This document shows, one piece after another, positions 32,798 through 43,726 of a stretch of 54,095 bases of DNA (positions are counted from its first letter, which is position 1; every line of letters starts with the position of its first letter). The position numbers and the translations under genes were made by a program. Origin of the DNA: Deltaproteobacteria bacterium. Its GTDB lineage: Bacteria > Myxococcota_A > Polyangia > Polyangiales > Houyiibacteriaceae. The DNA lies in NCBI GenBank assembly GCA_034670305.1, contig JAXMNT010000050.1:1-54095 (forward strand), in the 5' to 3' direction. The notes below the pieces were generated by a model that had not been told where the DNA came from, searched no databases, and saw only the letters and a program-made list of their open reading frames with translations.

Positions 32798-34044
32798 CAG
32801 CGTTCCAGTCGAAGCAGCGCGTTGCCGCCCGTGTGCCGCAACACCAGGATCCGCGCGCGCTCGGGTCCCGTGCTCGCGCCCATGCTGTGGGTGCTCAGCT
32901 CGATGTGGTGGCGGTACATGCCCGGCTGGCTCGGCACGAGCACGTCGGTGCCATTGTGCGTGTGCCTCGTGGCATGCGCCGCGATGCGGGCCCCGCTGGC
33001 GGACACCGCATGCACGTCCAGTGGCGGCGAGCTCTCGTAGGTGGCTTCCAGCTCGATCCGGCAGTTCTGGTTGGGTGTGCACGTCGCGCCCACCACCCGC
33101 ACGCCGCGGACGCCGGTGCCGACGTCGACCGGGGCGCCGAGCGCGGGCAACGTCGCCATCTTGGTTTCGACCAACGCGGCGACTTCGGCCTGGAAACGGC
33201 GCTGGGCGGCGTCCAGCCGCACCACAAGCGCCCCTACGTCCGGGTGTGCCCAGCCGAGGTACACCGCCGCGGAAAACAGATGCCTCCGGGTGTTGTCCTG
33301 GTCCGGCAACTCGATGTGCACGAGGTCGTCCGAGGGGTGGGCGGCTTCGACGGCGGCCATCGACACCGCCGCCAGCCGCGCCGCGGGACCGGCCATCAGG
33401 CGCGCTTGCTCCATCGGCATCGCTCGGCACTCCACGGACATCCGGGCGCCCTGCACGCCGGCGGGAAGCTGAGGCGTCGGCAGGTCGACCGTTTCGATCG
33501 CGTCGTCGCGGGCCAGGTCGCGGTCGACCGCGTTGACTTGGATCACATCCCCGGTGTTCAGCCGCACGTTTGGAATGGTCGCATACGCGGTGCGTCGGTC
33601 TTCGGGGCCGCGCACCGTGACCACGTTTCCCCCGATGTGGAACTGGAGGGTGACGTCGGGTTCGACGTTGGCGCCGAACAGTCCGCGCGAGTCCCAGTTG
33701 CGCGGATCGGTGACCTCGGTCCGGCAGACGAGCATCCCGTGAAAGGGCCCGACCGGCTGCGGCGTCAGCGACCCGAACACCGACGCGGGGTCCTGGTGTT
33801 GCGCCACAGTCGAGCGGTGGCCGAGGGAGGACGAGGCGGGACGCGCCCCGAACTCGTGCGCCCAACTGGGCATCGCGGCGAGGTCCGCGCCGAGTCCTTG
33901 CGACGACGGGCTTGCGGGCGTCGCCGGTGCGGTGGGCGCGGTGGGTGGGATCGGGGTCGGCGACGGCGCCGGCGCGGCGCGGTCTCCGCACGCCGCGCAC
34001 AAGATCCCCGAACAGGCCAGCGCACACCACCACACAGACTTCAT
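32797..34044 (-). CDS. Hypothetical lipoprotein with possible C2-like domain
   Basis: Lipobox CAAC; Pro-rich linker; WDS.G....PD ... VNAVDRDLARDDAI. Confidence 0.65.
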   Translation of the reverse strand: MKSVWWCALACSGILCAACGDRAAPAPSPTPIPPTAPTAPATPASPSSQGLGADLAAMPSWAHEFGARPASSSLGHRSTVAQHQDPASVFGSLTPQPVGPFHGMLVCRTEVTDPRNWDSRGLFGANVEPDVTLQFHIGGNVVTVRGPEDRRTAYATIPNVRLNTGDVIQVNAVDRDLARDDAIETVDLPTPQLPAGVQGARMSVECRAMPMEQARLMAGPAARLAAVSMAAVEAAHPSDDLVHIELPDQDNTRRHLFSAAVYLGWAHPDVGALVVRLDAAQRRFQAEVAALVETKMATLPALGAPVDVGTGVRGVRVVGATCTPNQNCRIELEATYESSPPLDVHAVSASGARIAAHATRHTHNGTDVLVPSQPGMYRHHIELSTHSMGASTGPERARILVLRHTGGNALLRLER

Positions 34045-35768
34045 CGATACGGTCCTACGTTGGAGCGGAGGGCGAGCCGCAACCGCAAGAGGCGGCGCAG
34101 ACTCGGGAGCACTTCCCGCGGGTCTTCGATCGGGCCTTCGGGCCATCGAAGCTCCAGCTGTCTGGGTTCGACGACCACGGTCCCGTGTTCGAGCAGACTC
34201 TGGAGCAGACCGCGCGCTTCCGACGAGATGTCGAGCGATTCCACGTGTTCGGCGTCCCCGACCACGAAGGTCGGATCGAGCGGTTGCTCGGCGAAGACAC
34301 GCGCGATGCACTGAACGCGGTCGTCCCATGCGTGCCCCGCTTCGACCGAGACGCCATCCAGCGTGCCGCGCACGAACACCGCGCCACGCACGAGGACCGC
34401 GTCCTGCAGTTGCTGTGCGACGCCGACCCACGCCGCCTCGGCGGTGGCCAACTCGGTCGGCAAGGGCACGGTCTCTCGCGCTGCGAAGAACCGACGCACC
34501 ATACGCTGCACGAGCGCCACGAACCGCGAGAGCCCGGCTTCGTTCTGTCCGGAACCCGCCACTTCGAACGTCGCGCGTTCGTCCCGGATCTCGGCGAGCA
34601 GCAAGTCCGAGCCAGGCTCCCACCACGAGGCCAAGAAGGCCTTGGCCTGCGCGGTCTCTCGGCCGAGCACTTCGTACGACTTGAGCGGATCATCGGCGTT
34701 GATCACCGCTTGCACCGTCTTGCCGAGTTCCGAGCGGGGGTGCGCGAGCAGCTCCAGTCCGAGGGACGGGTAGTTCAGCTCGCAGCAGAGGAACACCCCG
34801 TCTCGACCACGGGCATCGCGGGTGATGCGCACGTCCACGTCGCGCTGACGCGACTGCATCCCGTCTCCCTGCACGACGAAGCCATGTTCGGCGGCGACCT
34901 TCTCCCAGAGCTTCGTGATCCGTTCGCTGCCGATGCGCGGCAGCGCGGGCGCGACCTTTCGAGACTCCGCGTTCGGACCGGGTGCGACCATTCGAACGGG
35001 GATCGGCACCTTCAGCGAGTTCATGCCCGCCTTCGCGGAGATCTCGATCGCCCAGCTCAACCCACCCGACGGACCCAAGAAACTCGGCGTGACGTCGGGC
35101 ACCTTCATTCGGAACGGCACCGCTTGGCCTTCGACGCTCGGGATCTGAAGGTCGAGCGTCCACCGCTTCGCTTCGTACTGGCTGCCGGAGAGCCGTTCGG
35201 TCGCGACAAGCGACATGTGGAGGTAGCGGTAGCCGAGGGCGAGGTTCGAAAGCACCACGCTGCCGGCGAGTACCCCACCCGACATGAGGACCCGCTGGTC
35301 GACCACGCCTTCGATGTGAAGCTTGCCCGCCACGGGGCCTTCCGGCCGGGTCGAGAAGTGAAACGGTTGTTCGTCGGGGAGCGGCAGGTCGGGCGGGAGG
35401 ACCGTCAGCACGAACGACGCGCGGCGATCGGGCCACCAGGGCAGGTCGACGTGGACGTCGCACGAGTAGAGCACTTGGTAGAGCCGTCCGAGGTACCGCG
35501 GCGGCAGGTTCTCGGGCAGGGTCGCCCGGAACCGAAGTTGCCGTTCGCCCTTGGGCAACACGGACGCACCGAGGAGCTTCGCTTGCAGCTTCAGCAAGAC
35601 GCGTTTCGCGTTCGCCTGCAGTTGCTCGTAGCCGAAGAGGGTTGCGGTCACGGACTCGACTTTGACTTCGCGTTTGGCGTCCAGGACCACCAGCGGTTCG
35701 ATGGTTTGACCCGCACGGATCTCCCGCGGCACATGCACCCGCACCGCGGGCCGGTGAGGGAGCGTCAC
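34041..35768 (-). CDS. Arrestin/Spo0M-like fold protein
   Basis: LPKGERQLRFRATLPENLPPRYLG....VLY...VHVDLPWWPD, then a second similar repeat (PFRMKVP..TPSF.G....LSW); GTGA overlap with the mobA stop. Confidence 0.6.
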   Translation of the reverse strand: MTLPHRPAVRVHVPREIRAGQTIEPLVVLDAKREVKVESVTATLFGYEQLQANAKRVLLKLQAKLLGASVLPKGERQLRFRATLPENLPPRYLGRLYQVLYSCDVHVDLPWWPDRRASFVLTVLPPDLPLPDEQPFHFSTRPEGPVAGKLHIEGVVDQRVLMSGGVLAGSVVLSNLALGYRYLHMSLVATERLSGSQYEAKRWTLDLQIPSVEGQAVPFRMKVPDVTPSFLGPSGGLSWAIEISAKAGMNSLKVPIPVRMVAPGPNAESRKVAPALPRIGSERITKLWEKVAAEHGFVVQGDGMQSRQRDVDVRITRDARGRDGVFLCCELNYPSLGLELLAHPRSELGKTVQAVINADDPLKSYEVLGRETAQAKAFLASWWEPGSDLLLAEIRDERATFEVAGSGQNEAGLSRFVALVQRMVRRFFAARETVPLPTELATAEAAWVGVAQQLQDAVLVRGAVFVRGTLDGVSVEAGHAWDDRVQCIARVFAEQPLDPTFVVGDAEHVESLDISSEARGLLQSLLEHGTVVVEPRQLELRWPEGPIEDPREVLPSLRRLLRLRLALRSNVGPYR

Positions 35769-36382
35769 CACGGCAACGCGCCCAGATCCGCCTCGACGTC
35801 GGCGGGTGTGTCCCAGTCGCGAAAGGTGCGGGGCGCCGCTTCGATGACGACGGTCTGCAGTGGTTGGAGCAGTCCCCGCAGCGAGCGACCGCCGTCCTCC
35901 GCGTACCGCCGACACTCGGCTTCCAGCGAGGTCCGGTACCGCGCGCAGAGCGGCTCTTGATGCGGCGCGCGGGGCATCGCCACGTCTGCGTCCGGTGCCC
36001 TTGCGAGCTGTTCGAGCAACCCCGGCGTGAGGTGGGGGAGGTCGCAGGAGAGCGCGAGCACGTAGGGATCGGGCGCTGCGTGGCGAAGCAAGGCGAGCAG
36101 CCCCGCGATGGGTCCGATCCCGGGACCGGGCGCCAGGCCATCCTTCTCCGATCTCTCGAACCGCGCGACTGCGGCGTCGTCGATGTGTTCGACGTGGCCG
36201 AGCGAAGCGGGCCGTTCGAGGCGCCCGACGAGCACCGGGGTGAGGCCGGCTTCTTCGATCACCGCGACCGTACGCTCGAGCAGCGTTCTTCCCTCGGGCA
36301 GCGGAAGGCACGTTTTGTCGCGCCCCATCCGGCTCGAGCGGCCGCCGACGAAGATGCCGGCGCCCATGGGAATGCCCACCAT
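35765..36382 (-). CDS. mobA: Molybdenum cofactor guanylyltransferase
   Basis: VGGRSSRMGRDK, GPIAGL, SCDLP, EPLCARY, DWDTPAD. Confidence 0.88.
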   Translation of the reverse strand: MVGIPMGAGIFVGGRSSRMGRDKTCLPLPEGRTLLERTVAVIEEAGLTPVLVGRLERPASLGHVEHIDDAAVARFERSEKDGLAPGPGIGPIAGLLALLRHAAPDPYVLALSCDLPHLTPGLLEQLARAPDADVAMPRAPHQEPLCARYRTSLEAECRRYAEDGGRSLRGLLQPLQTVVIEAAPRTFRDWDTPADVEADLGALPW

Positions 36383-36454
36383 GCGCGCATCGTAGAACAC
36401 CCAGACCGGGTGGAGGATCCGTTTTGGAGAATCCATGGCATCATGGGAACGTAC

Positions 36455-37111
36455 ATGCGCTCGATTCTTCTTTCCTTGAACAGCCTGTCCATCTCCACGC
36501 TGATGCTCGGCTTCGCCCTCTCCGGCTGCCAGGACCGACGCGTCGGCGCCGAACGGACCGAGACCGCGGAAGTGCAGATCCCGCGGACCGAAGGGCACAC
36601 CGATCGACACGCGGATCGGCCCGCGGACCTGGGTCCCAGCGAGGAACAGGAAGTGGAGCCGCACGCGCACTTCTATTCGCCCTTCGCGTTGCGCATGCGC
36701 ACGCCCGGCCTTCCGTTCAGCGTGATCTCGTTCAAGGACGTCGGCATGTCGATCCCCGAAGAGGACCGCGCGTTCGTGTACGAAGGGATCGCCGAGGGGC
36801 TGGCCCACGCACTCACCCACGCGGGCGAGGGGCCGATGAGCTCGGAAGTGCAGCACCGGCTGGCGGTCGCGGATCCGAACAACCACCTTCATTGCGAGGG
36901 TGCCCACATCTACGTGGATCTTTGGCGTGAGACCGAAGGCTGGGGTTACTCGCTCTGGTCGGGGTGCGGAGAGGACGACGAGTTCGCCCACCGCGCTGTC
37001 ACCGCATCGGTCGAACACGTTCGGCTCGCATCGCTCGAGCCGCTGACCCGCGACATCGCCGACCGCCTGCGCGACGCGGTCCGCACCGGCTGCTTCACCC
37101 GCAACTGCTGA
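36455..37111 (+). CDS. Hypothetical lipoprotein
   Basis: Lipobox LSGC; conserved-looking C-terminal domain with YVDLW...GYSLWSGC and a terminal C..C. Confidence 0.65.
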   Translation: MRSILLSLNSLSISTLMLGFALSGCQDRRVGAERTETAEVQIPRTEGHTDRHADRPADLGPSEEQEVEPHAHFYSPFALRMRTPGLPFSVISFKDVGMSIPEEDRAFVYEGIAEGLAHALTHAGEGPMSSEVQHRLAVADPNNHLHCEGAHIYVDLWRETEGWGYSLWSGCGEDDEFAHRAVTASVEHVRLASLEPLTRDIADRLRDAVRTGCFTRNC

Positions 37112-37164
37112 GCGGCTCGCCCAGGTCCCTTCACGAGGGCCGCCAGTGCGCCTATGGTCCCGGC

Positions 37165-37902
37165 ATGTCCGCGGGAGAGACGACTCGAGCGCCCGCAGGC
37201 GACGCGGTTCTCTCGGCGACCGACGTCACAAAAATCTACCGGATGGGTGAGGTCGATGTGCACGCCCTGCGGGGCGTGTCGCTCGAGCTGCGCGTCGGTG
37301 AGCTGATGGTGCTGGTCGGCTCCTCGGGCAGCGGCAAGTCGACGTTGCTCAACATCCTGGGTGGGCTCGACCAACCGACGAGTGGCGAAGTGCGCCACCG
37401 CGAGACACGGCTGGATGGGGCAAGCGACGCGGCGCTCACTCGGTTCCGCCGGGACCACGTGGGGTTCATCTTTCAGTTCTACAACCTGATCCCGAGTCTC
37501 ACCGCGCGCGAGAACGTGGAGCTCGTGACCGAGCTCGTCGACGACCCCATGTCCCCGAAGGAAGCGCTGGAGCTCGTGGGGCTCGGCGAACGGCTCGATC
37601 ATTTTCCGTCTCAGCTGAGCGGTGGTGAACAACAGCGCGTCGCAATCGCACGGGCCGTGGCCAAGCGGCCAGACATTCTTCTGTGCGACGAGCCGACGGG
37701 TGCGCTCGACTACAAGACCGGCGTGCAGCTGCTGCAGGTGATCGAACGCATCAACCACGAACTCGGCACCACCACCGCGGTCATCACCCACAACGCACCC
37801 GTCGGTGCGATGGCCCATCGGGTCGTGACGATGCGCAGCGGAGAGATTCAGGACGTGGTCGTGAACGAGTCGCCGGTCGCTGCGGCGGAACTCGAGTGGT
37901 GA
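37165..37902 (+). CDS. ABC transporter ATP-binding protein (LolD/MacB-like)
   Basis: [34 protein letters not shown]. Confidence 0.95.
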   Translation: MSAGETTRAPAGDAVLSATDVTKIYRMGEVDVHALRGVSLELRVGELMVLVGSSGSGKSTLLNILGGLDQPTSGEVRHRETRLDGASDAALTRFRRDHVGFIFQFYNLIPSLTARENVELVTELVDDPMSPKEALELVGLGERLDHFPSQLSGGEQQRVAIARAVAKRPDILLCDEPTGALDYKTGVQLLQVIERINHELGTTTAVITHNAPVGAMAHRVVTMRSGEIQDVVVNESPVAAAELEW

Positions 37903-37906
37903 ACTC

Positions 37907-40294
37907 GTGAGCCGGGTCTTTCACCCGCTCGATCGCAAGCTTGTGCGCGATCTGAGCAAGATGAAGGGTCAGGTCGTGACCATCGCGCTCGTCGTGGCCT
38001 GTGGGGTGGCCGCGTTCGTCGCGATGCGAAGCGCCCACGCGTCGCTCCTCGATGCCCGCAACGCCTTCTACGCCGACCGGTACTTCGGCGACGTGTTCGC
38101 CACCCTCCGCAGGGCGCCCAATGTGCTGCGGGATCGACTCGAAGCCATCGATGGGGTGGCGCTCGTGGACACCCGCATCGTCGCCGGTGGGGTGATGCCA
38201 CTCGAAGGCGTCGCCGAACCGCCGACCGCCACCGTCGTCTCGCTGCCGCTGTCCCTCAACCAGGTGCATCTCCGAAGCGGACGGCTTCCGGCGTCCCGCT
38301 CCCGAGACGAAGCGGTGGTGAGCGACGCGTTCGCGATCGCGCGCGACATCGGTGTGGGCGATGTCGTTCCGCTCATCCTCGGAGGCATCCGGAAGGACGT
38401 GCACATCGTCGGCATCGGGCTGTCTCCGGAGCACATCCTGATGCTGGCGCCCGGACAGCTCGCCATGGATCCGGGACGCCAAGGCGTCCTGTTCATGGAC
38501 CGCGGTGCGGTGGAGGCTGCGCTGCGTCTCGAGGGCGCGTTCAACAGCGTGTCGCTCCGGCTCCAAAACGACGCGCCCGCGCACGACGTGATCGATCGGG
38601 TCGACGCGGTGCTCGCTCCCTACGGTGGCATCGGCGCGATCACCCGCGACAAGCAGCTCTCCAACTCCTTGCTGTCGCAAGAACTCGATCAACTAGGGAA
38701 CATGGCGACCCAGGTGCCACCGCTCTTCTTGCTCGTGGCGGCGCTCCTCTTGCACGTGGTGCTGTCGCGCATCGTGCAACTGCAGCGGTCGCAGATCGCC
38801 ACACTCAAAGCGCTTGGCTATGGCAACCGGCAGATCGGTTTCTTCTACGCGAAACTCGCGGCCACGATCGTGTCGCTCGGTGCGGCGCTCGGGCTGATGC
38901 TCGGGGCGTGGCTCGGCGCGAGCATGGTGTCGATGTACTCGAGCTTCTTCCGTTTCCCCACGCTCGAATCGCATGTGGATGTGCGCACCGCGATGATCGC
39001 GGTCGGGGTCAGTGTCGCGGCGGGGGCGTTCGGGACCTTCACCGCCGTGCGCAAGGTGCTCGCGTTGCCGCCGGCCGAAGCGATGCGCCCGCCGGCTCCA
39101 GACACCTACCGACGCGGAGTACTGGACATGGGGTTCGCGCGGAAGATCCTCGGTGGCTCCGCGCGCATGGTGCTGCGCGAAGTACAACGTCGGCCGCTGC
39201 GGGTGTTCGCCAGCTCGTTCGGCATCGCGATCGCCGTCGGCATCCTGGTCGTCGGCCGCTTCTTTGGCGACGCCATGACCTGGATGGTCGACGTCAACCT
39301 GCACGAGACCCAGCGGTGGGACGTGCAGGTGGCCTTCCGCGAACCGCTGCCGCTCTCGTCGCTCGGCAACCTGCGACTGCTTCCCGGCGTGCACCGGGTC
39401 GAGGGGCTGCGCTCGGTGCCGGTGCGCGTGTCGTCGGGTTCCAGACACCGTTCGCTCGCGATCCTCGGATACCCAGGCGATGGCACGACGGCGCTTCAGC
39501 GGGTGGTGGGGAGCGACAACCGGACCGTCGCGCTTCCGGAACAGGGCGCGGTCCTGACCCGGCTGTTGGGCGACCTGCTTCACGTGCACATCGGAGACGA
39601 ACTCGACGTGCAGGTGCTCGAGGGGGCCCGGCGGCGGGTGTCGGTTCCGGTAGCGGGGTTCGTCGAGGAGCCGTTCGGGTTGCAAGTGCACATGCGCTCG
39701 TCGGCGCTGCACGCGTTGCTCGGTCAGGAACCGAGCGTGAACGCTGCGCTGCTCCAGCTCGATCCGCAGGTCGCGGGGGCGACCTCCGCCCGCGGACTCG
39801 ACGAGCGCATCACCGCGCTGCCAGACGTGGTCGGGGTCGCGCACATGGCGAACGTCGTCGAGACCTTCAAGAAGCAGTCCGAGCAGACCATCCTCGCGAT
39901 GTCGATCGTGCTCACCATCTTCGCGATGACGATCGTGGTCGGCGTGGTCTACAACAACGCGCGCGTGGCGCTGAGTATGCGCGAGCGCGATCTCGCAAGT
40001 CTCCGAGTGCTCGGGTTCACGCGCGGGGAGATCAGCGCGATCCTGCTCGGAGAACTCGCCATCCAAGTCTTGCTCGCCATACCGCTCGGGCTGCTGTTCG
40101 GGCGCTTCTTCGTGCATGCGATGTCCACCGGCGCCACCGATCCGGAGATGTACCGCCTGCCCGAGATCGTGCTTCCCAGCAACTTCGCGTTTGCGGCGAC
40201 GGTGACGTTGGCTGGCGCGTTCGTGAGCGCTCTGTTGGTGCGCCGCAAGCTCGACAAACTCGATCTCATCTCCGTTCTCAAGACCCGCGAGTGA
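37907..40294 (+). CDS. ABC transporter permease (duplicated MacB/FtsX)
   Basis: Two periplasmic + FtsX repeats: QIATLKALGY and RDLASLRVLGF. Confidence 0.92.
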   Translation: MSRVFHPLDRKLVRDLSKMKGQVVTIALVVACGVAAFVAMRSAHASLLDARNAFYADRYFGDVFATLRRAPNVLRDRLEAIDGVALVDTRIVAGGVMPLEGVAEPPTATVVSLPLSLNQVHLRSGRLPASRSRDEAVVSDAFAIARDIGVGDVVPLILGGIRKDVHIVGIGLSPEHILMLAPGQLAMDPGRQGVLFMDRGAVEAALRLEGAFNSVSLRLQNDAPAHDVIDRVDAVLAPYGGIGAITRDKQLSNSLLSQELDQLGNMATQVPPLFLLVAALLLHVVLSRIVQLQRSQIATLKALGYGNRQIGFFYAKLAATIVSLGAALGLMLGAWLGASMVSMYSSFFRFPTLESHVDVRTAMIAVGVSVAAGAFGTFTAVRKVLALPPAEAMRPPAPDTYRRGVLDMGFARKILGGSARMVLREVQRRPLRVFASSFGIAIAVGILVVGRFFGDAMTWMVDVNLHETQRWDVQVAFREPLPLSSLGNLRLLPGVHRVEGLRSVPVRVSSGSRHRSLAILGYPGDGTTALQRVVGSDNRTVALPEQGAVLTRLLGDLLHVHIGDELDVQVLEGARRRVSVPVAGFVEEPFGLQVHMRSSALHALLGQEPSVNAALLQLDPQVAGATSARGLDERITALPDVVGVAHMANVVETFKKQSEQTILAMSIVLTIFAMTIVVGVVYNNARVALSMRERDLASLRVLGFTRGEISAILLGELAIQVLLAIPLGLLFGRFFVHAMSTGATDPEMYRLPEIVLPSNFAFAATVTLAGAFVSALLVRRKLDKLDLISVLKTRE

Positions 40295-40298
40295 AACC

Positions 40299-41498
40299 AT
40301 GAGTGCTTCCGTCAGCAAGTGGATCCGTCGTCTCATCGCCCTGGCCTTCGTCGCGGGGATCATCGGTTTGGTGGTCATGGCGTCGTTGCCTCAGCCAGTG
40401 TCGGTCGACGCCGCCGAGGTCGTGCGCGCGCCGATGGAGGTGACCATCGACGAAGACGGAACGACACGCGTCAAAGACCGCTACATCGTGTCTTCGCCAC
40501 TCTCGGGGTCGCTCGCGCGCATTGAGTTGCGGCCGGGCGACCCGGTGACGGAGACGTCGATCCTCGCGCGGCTTGAACCGCTCGCGCCGCAGTTGATGGA
40601 TGCCCGGTCCCGCGCGCAGGCGGAGGCGCGCGTGGCCAGCGCGCAGGCCGCTCAGCGACAAGCCCGCGCCGGCGTGTCGCGGGCGACCGCCGCCCAGACC
40701 TTGGCGGAGCAGTCGATGGCTCGGCAGGAGACACTGCTCCGCAGTGGTGGCGTCAGTGCGCAATCGGCAGACCAGGCGCGGTTCGAGGCGCGGGCTCGAA
40801 GCGAAGAACTCACGAGCGCGAGGTTCGGTGTGCGGGTGGCCGACTACGAAGTGCGCATGGCGCAAGCGGCGCTCGGCCGACACGGCAGCCAGAGCGAAGA
40901 AGCGATGGAGCTCCCGTCTCCGATCGAAGCCGGGGTGGTGCTGCGGGTGATCCAGCAGGACGAAGGGGTCGTGCACGCAGGCACGCCCCTCGTGGAGGTG
41001 GGCAACCCCGCGGCGCTCGAAGTGGCGGTCGACGTGCTGACGGCAGATGCGGTGCAAGTCCGACCGGGCGCGTTCGTCACGCTCGAGCGCTGGGGCGGCG
41101 ACGCGCCGCTCGAGGGGCATGTGCAACGGGTGGAGCCGAGCGCGTTCACCAAGGTGTCGGCGCTCGGGGTGGAAGAGCAGCGGGTCAACGTCGTCATCGA
41201 CCTCGACAGCCCGCGCGCGGACTGGACGCAGCTCGGCGACGGGTACCGCGTCGAAGCGCGCATCCGGGTGTGGCGAGAAGAGGAGACGCTTCAGGTTCCC
41301 TCGAGCGCGCTCTTCCGCCATGGCGAAGGCTGGGCGGTGTTCCGCGTCGACGGCGAGACCGCCGTCCTGCAGCCGGTTGAGATCGGCCGCCGCAACGGTT
41401 TCGACACCGAGATCACCGGTGGGCTCGACGCCGGCATGCAGGTGGTGGTGCACCCGAGCGACTCGGTCCAGGACGGCGCTGCGCTACTGGTCCGCTGA
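40299..41498 (+). CDS. Efflux periplasmic adaptor (HlyD/MacA family)
   Basis: N-terminal TM, lipoyl half-motifs, coiled-coil hairpin, KVSALGVEEQRV, VPSSALF. Confidence 0.92.
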   Translation: MSASVSKWIRRLIALAFVAGIIGLVVMASLPQPVSVDAAEVVRAPMEVTIDEDGTTRVKDRYIVSSPLSGSLARIELRPGDPVTETSILARLEPLAPQLMDARSRAQAEARVASAQAAQRQARAGVSRATAAQTLAEQSMARQETLLRSGGVSAQSADQARFEARARSEELTSARFGVRVADYEVRMAQAALGRHGSQSEEAMELPSPIEAGVVLRVIQQDEGVVHAGTPLVEVGNPAALEVAVDVLTADAVQVRPGAFVTLERWGGDAPLEGHVQRVEPSAFTKVSALGVEEQRVNVVIDLDSPRADWTQLGDGYRVEARIRVWREEETLQVPSSALFRHGEGWAVFRVDGETAVLQPVEIGRRNGFDTEITGGLDAGMQVVVHPSDSVQDGAALLVR

Positions 41499-42356
41499 GC
41501 AGCTCGAGAATGGCTCGTCGGGTGCGACGATCACGACGTCTTCGAGACCGGTGCAGACTTGGACACGGTCCGGGTGTCGGCGCGCGGAGTTTCGGTGACG
41601 CCCGGGAACCTGGAGCCGGATCTCCGGCATGAGCGCCAGCAGGTCGTCGAGGACCGCGCGCACCCGCCGCGGCGCGCCGGTGACACGTCGTTCGTGGCAG
41701 CGGACCGCATACCCCTCGGCCCGGATCTCCGAGCACCACGGCGCCGATGCGTCGACTTCGCCGCCTCGGACCAACAACAACTCCACCCGCTGGTTGATCC
41801 GCCATCGCAGCCGCTGTGAAGAACCGCGCGGGTCGACGAGCGGACGTTCGCCTTCGTAGCCTTCGGCTTCCACACGCAACGCTTCGAGGCCGCGTTCCAT
41901 CAGTGCCGTGCGCACCGCCTGGGCTCGGTCGCGGCTGAGCATGCGGGCGCGTGGACCCGGGTCCTGCGCCAGGTGCACCCGCACTTGCAGGCTGTACGGT
42001 GTCTCGAGGAGAAGCTCCGCGATGTCCTGCAACGCTGCCTCGGAACTCCGCTCGAGCCGTTCGTCGTCGATCTCGAACGCGATGGGTTCGAACACCTCGA
42101 TGCGACCCGCGCGGCAGTCGAGCGCCGCGTGGGTGCGCGCTTGGTCGACGCAGTCGGGCGGTCGGCGTTCGGCGGGTGGCGGGCCCGGTGGTTCGTCAGG
42201 CTCGGGGGCGCCTTCCCTCTCGGGATCCTCTGCCACCGACTCGGCCGGTTCCGAGCCGCTGCCAGAAGTTGCTTCGGCGGTGGGCATTGGGGTCGGCGCT
42301 GGACAGCCCACGAGCAGTGAACCGATGGCGAGCAGCAAGAGAGCGTTCGAAGCCAC
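41484..42356 (-). CDS. OmpA-family lipoprotein
   Basis: Lipobox LVGC; IAFE, LSRDRAQAVR, GYEGERPL, NQRVE. GTG start inferred. Confidence 0.75.
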   Translation of the reverse strand: MASNALLLLAIGSLLVGCPAPTPMPTAEATSGSGSEPAESVAEDPEREGAPEPDEPPGPPPAERRPPDCVDQARTHAALDCRAGRIEVFEPIAFEIDDERLERSSEAALQDIAELLLETPYSLQVRVHLAQDPGPRARMLSRDRAQAVRTALMERGLEALRVEAEGYEGERPLVDPRGSSQRLRWRINQRVELLLVRGGEVDASAPWCSEIRAEGYAVRCHERRVTGAPRRVRAVLDDLLALMPEIRLQVPGRHRNSARRHPDRVQVCTGLEDVVIVAPDEPFSSCSADQ

Positions 42357-42426
42357 GGATCCAGTGTCCCACGGGTTGTCGGCTTCCGCTGCGCCTCCAG
42401 TTTCGGCCGGCAGCAGCAGCGGCACA

Positions 42427-42540
42427 TCGGCATCGGCAGCGGCAGCGGCAGCGGCAGCGGCAGCGGCATCGGCAGCGGCAGCGGCAGCGGCAGCGGCAGC
42501 GGCAGCGGCTTCGGCTTCGGCTTCGGCCTCGAGTTCGGCT
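42427..42540. repeat. Hexamer microsatellite (CGGCAK)n-(TCGGCT)n
   Basis: Read directly, just downstream of the DUF3570 gene stop. Confidence 0.93.
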
Positions 42541-43712
42541 CAGCCGAAGGGGACGCGGAGGCCGAGCTGGCTGATGACGCCGTTGCCGAAGCGGTTGGTA
42601 TTCCAGATGTACTCGAAGGTCAGATCGATGCTCGCGCGCCCGAGGAAGTCGAGCTTCGACTCCTCCAGGAACCCGAGGCCGACCAGCAGCTGGAACCCCA
42701 GCAGGTTGCTGTGGAAGGTGCTCATCTTCGGATCCGCGGTCACCGGTGCATCTTCGGGGAGCTCGTCGGCGTACTGGTCCTGGTAGAAGAACGAGCGCGT
42801 CTGTCGGTAGTGCCGCCAGCGCACCCGCAGGGTGACGTTGCGGGACAGCTCCTGGTAGATGCGCACCTCCGGGGTGATCGCCCCGATGTCCCAGCTGTCG
42901 ATGTACGCGCGGTAGATGAGGTGGAGCGACGAACCGGTGCGGTTCGCGTGAAGCGCCAAGCGACCCGTCGCGGTGTGGCGGTGCCGGGTGTCGGGGTGGT
43001 TCTCTGGACGCAGCGATCCCACCACCGCGACCATGCGGTAGGCATTCGCGAGGTACCCGTCGAGGTAGCCGTACTGGTAGCTCAATTGGAAGAACGCCCA
43101 CGGCGCGAGCAGCTGCTCCCACGCGACGTCGAACGCCAGCGCGGAGAACGCTTCGTCGAACACATCGGCGGTGGTGGTGCCGTCCGGCAAAGGCCGCACC
43201 CCGGCACCGTCGCGCAGCACCTGGGAGATGGAGTCGCGCAGGACGTGCACCCCGAACCGCAACACCGTCGAGCGATCGTCGAGGGAGATCGCCGCGCTCA
43301 GCCCGCCTCCGAGCGACACGTAGTCCGGCTCGCGGCTCACCCGGAAGTCGGCGTTCAGCGCCAGCTTGGCGTCGCCGAGATCGAACTCGTAGCCCCCGCG
43401 CAGGCTGCCCTCGTGGCGGACCTCGGTGAAACTCACGTCTTCGACGACGCCGGTCGCCTGGCTCGCGCTCGTGATGCTGTCGACCGCGTAGTGGCCGCCG
43501 ACCCGCACACCGGTTGGCGACTCGAGCGAGAGTTCGAGGCCAGGCGAGACGACGCGGGTCGAACGCTCCCAGTAGTAGTTGCCACGCGCTTCGGCGAGGC
43601 CGCTCCAGGTCCCCGAGGCTCCGTCGGCGTGGGCGGTCCGGGTGGTGCCGAGTGTTGCCAGAACACTCAGCGCGAACGCGAACGCGAGCGTGGTTCTCGG
43701 AATCGAAGACAC
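42540..43712 (-). CDS. DUF3570 outer-membrane beta-barrel protein
   Basis: Signal peptide; VDSITSAS, SREPDYVS, GYLANAYR, ENHPDTRHR, YIDSWDI, R.YRQT...FY, TADPKMS. Confidence 0.85.
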   Translation of the reverse strand: MSSIPRTTLAFAFALSVLATLGTTRTAHADGASGTWSGLAEARGNYYWERSTRVVSPGLELSLESPTGVRVGGHYAVDSITSASQATGVVEDVSFTEVRHEGSLRGGYEFDLGDAKLALNADFRVSREPDYVSLGGGLSAAISLDDRSTVLRFGVHVLRDSISQVLRDGAGVRPLPDGTTTADVFDEAFSALAFDVAWEQLLAPWAFFQLSYQYGYLDGYLANAYRMVAVVGSLRPENHPDTRHRHTATGRLALHANRTGSSLHLIYRAYIDSWDIGAITPEVRIYQELSRNVTLRVRWRHYRQTRSFFYQDQYADELPEDAPVTADPKMSTFHSNLLGFQLLVGLGFLEESKLDFLGRASIDLTFEYIWNTNRFGNGVISQLGLRVPFG

Positions 43713-43726
43713 GGGCGCGTTTCTAC

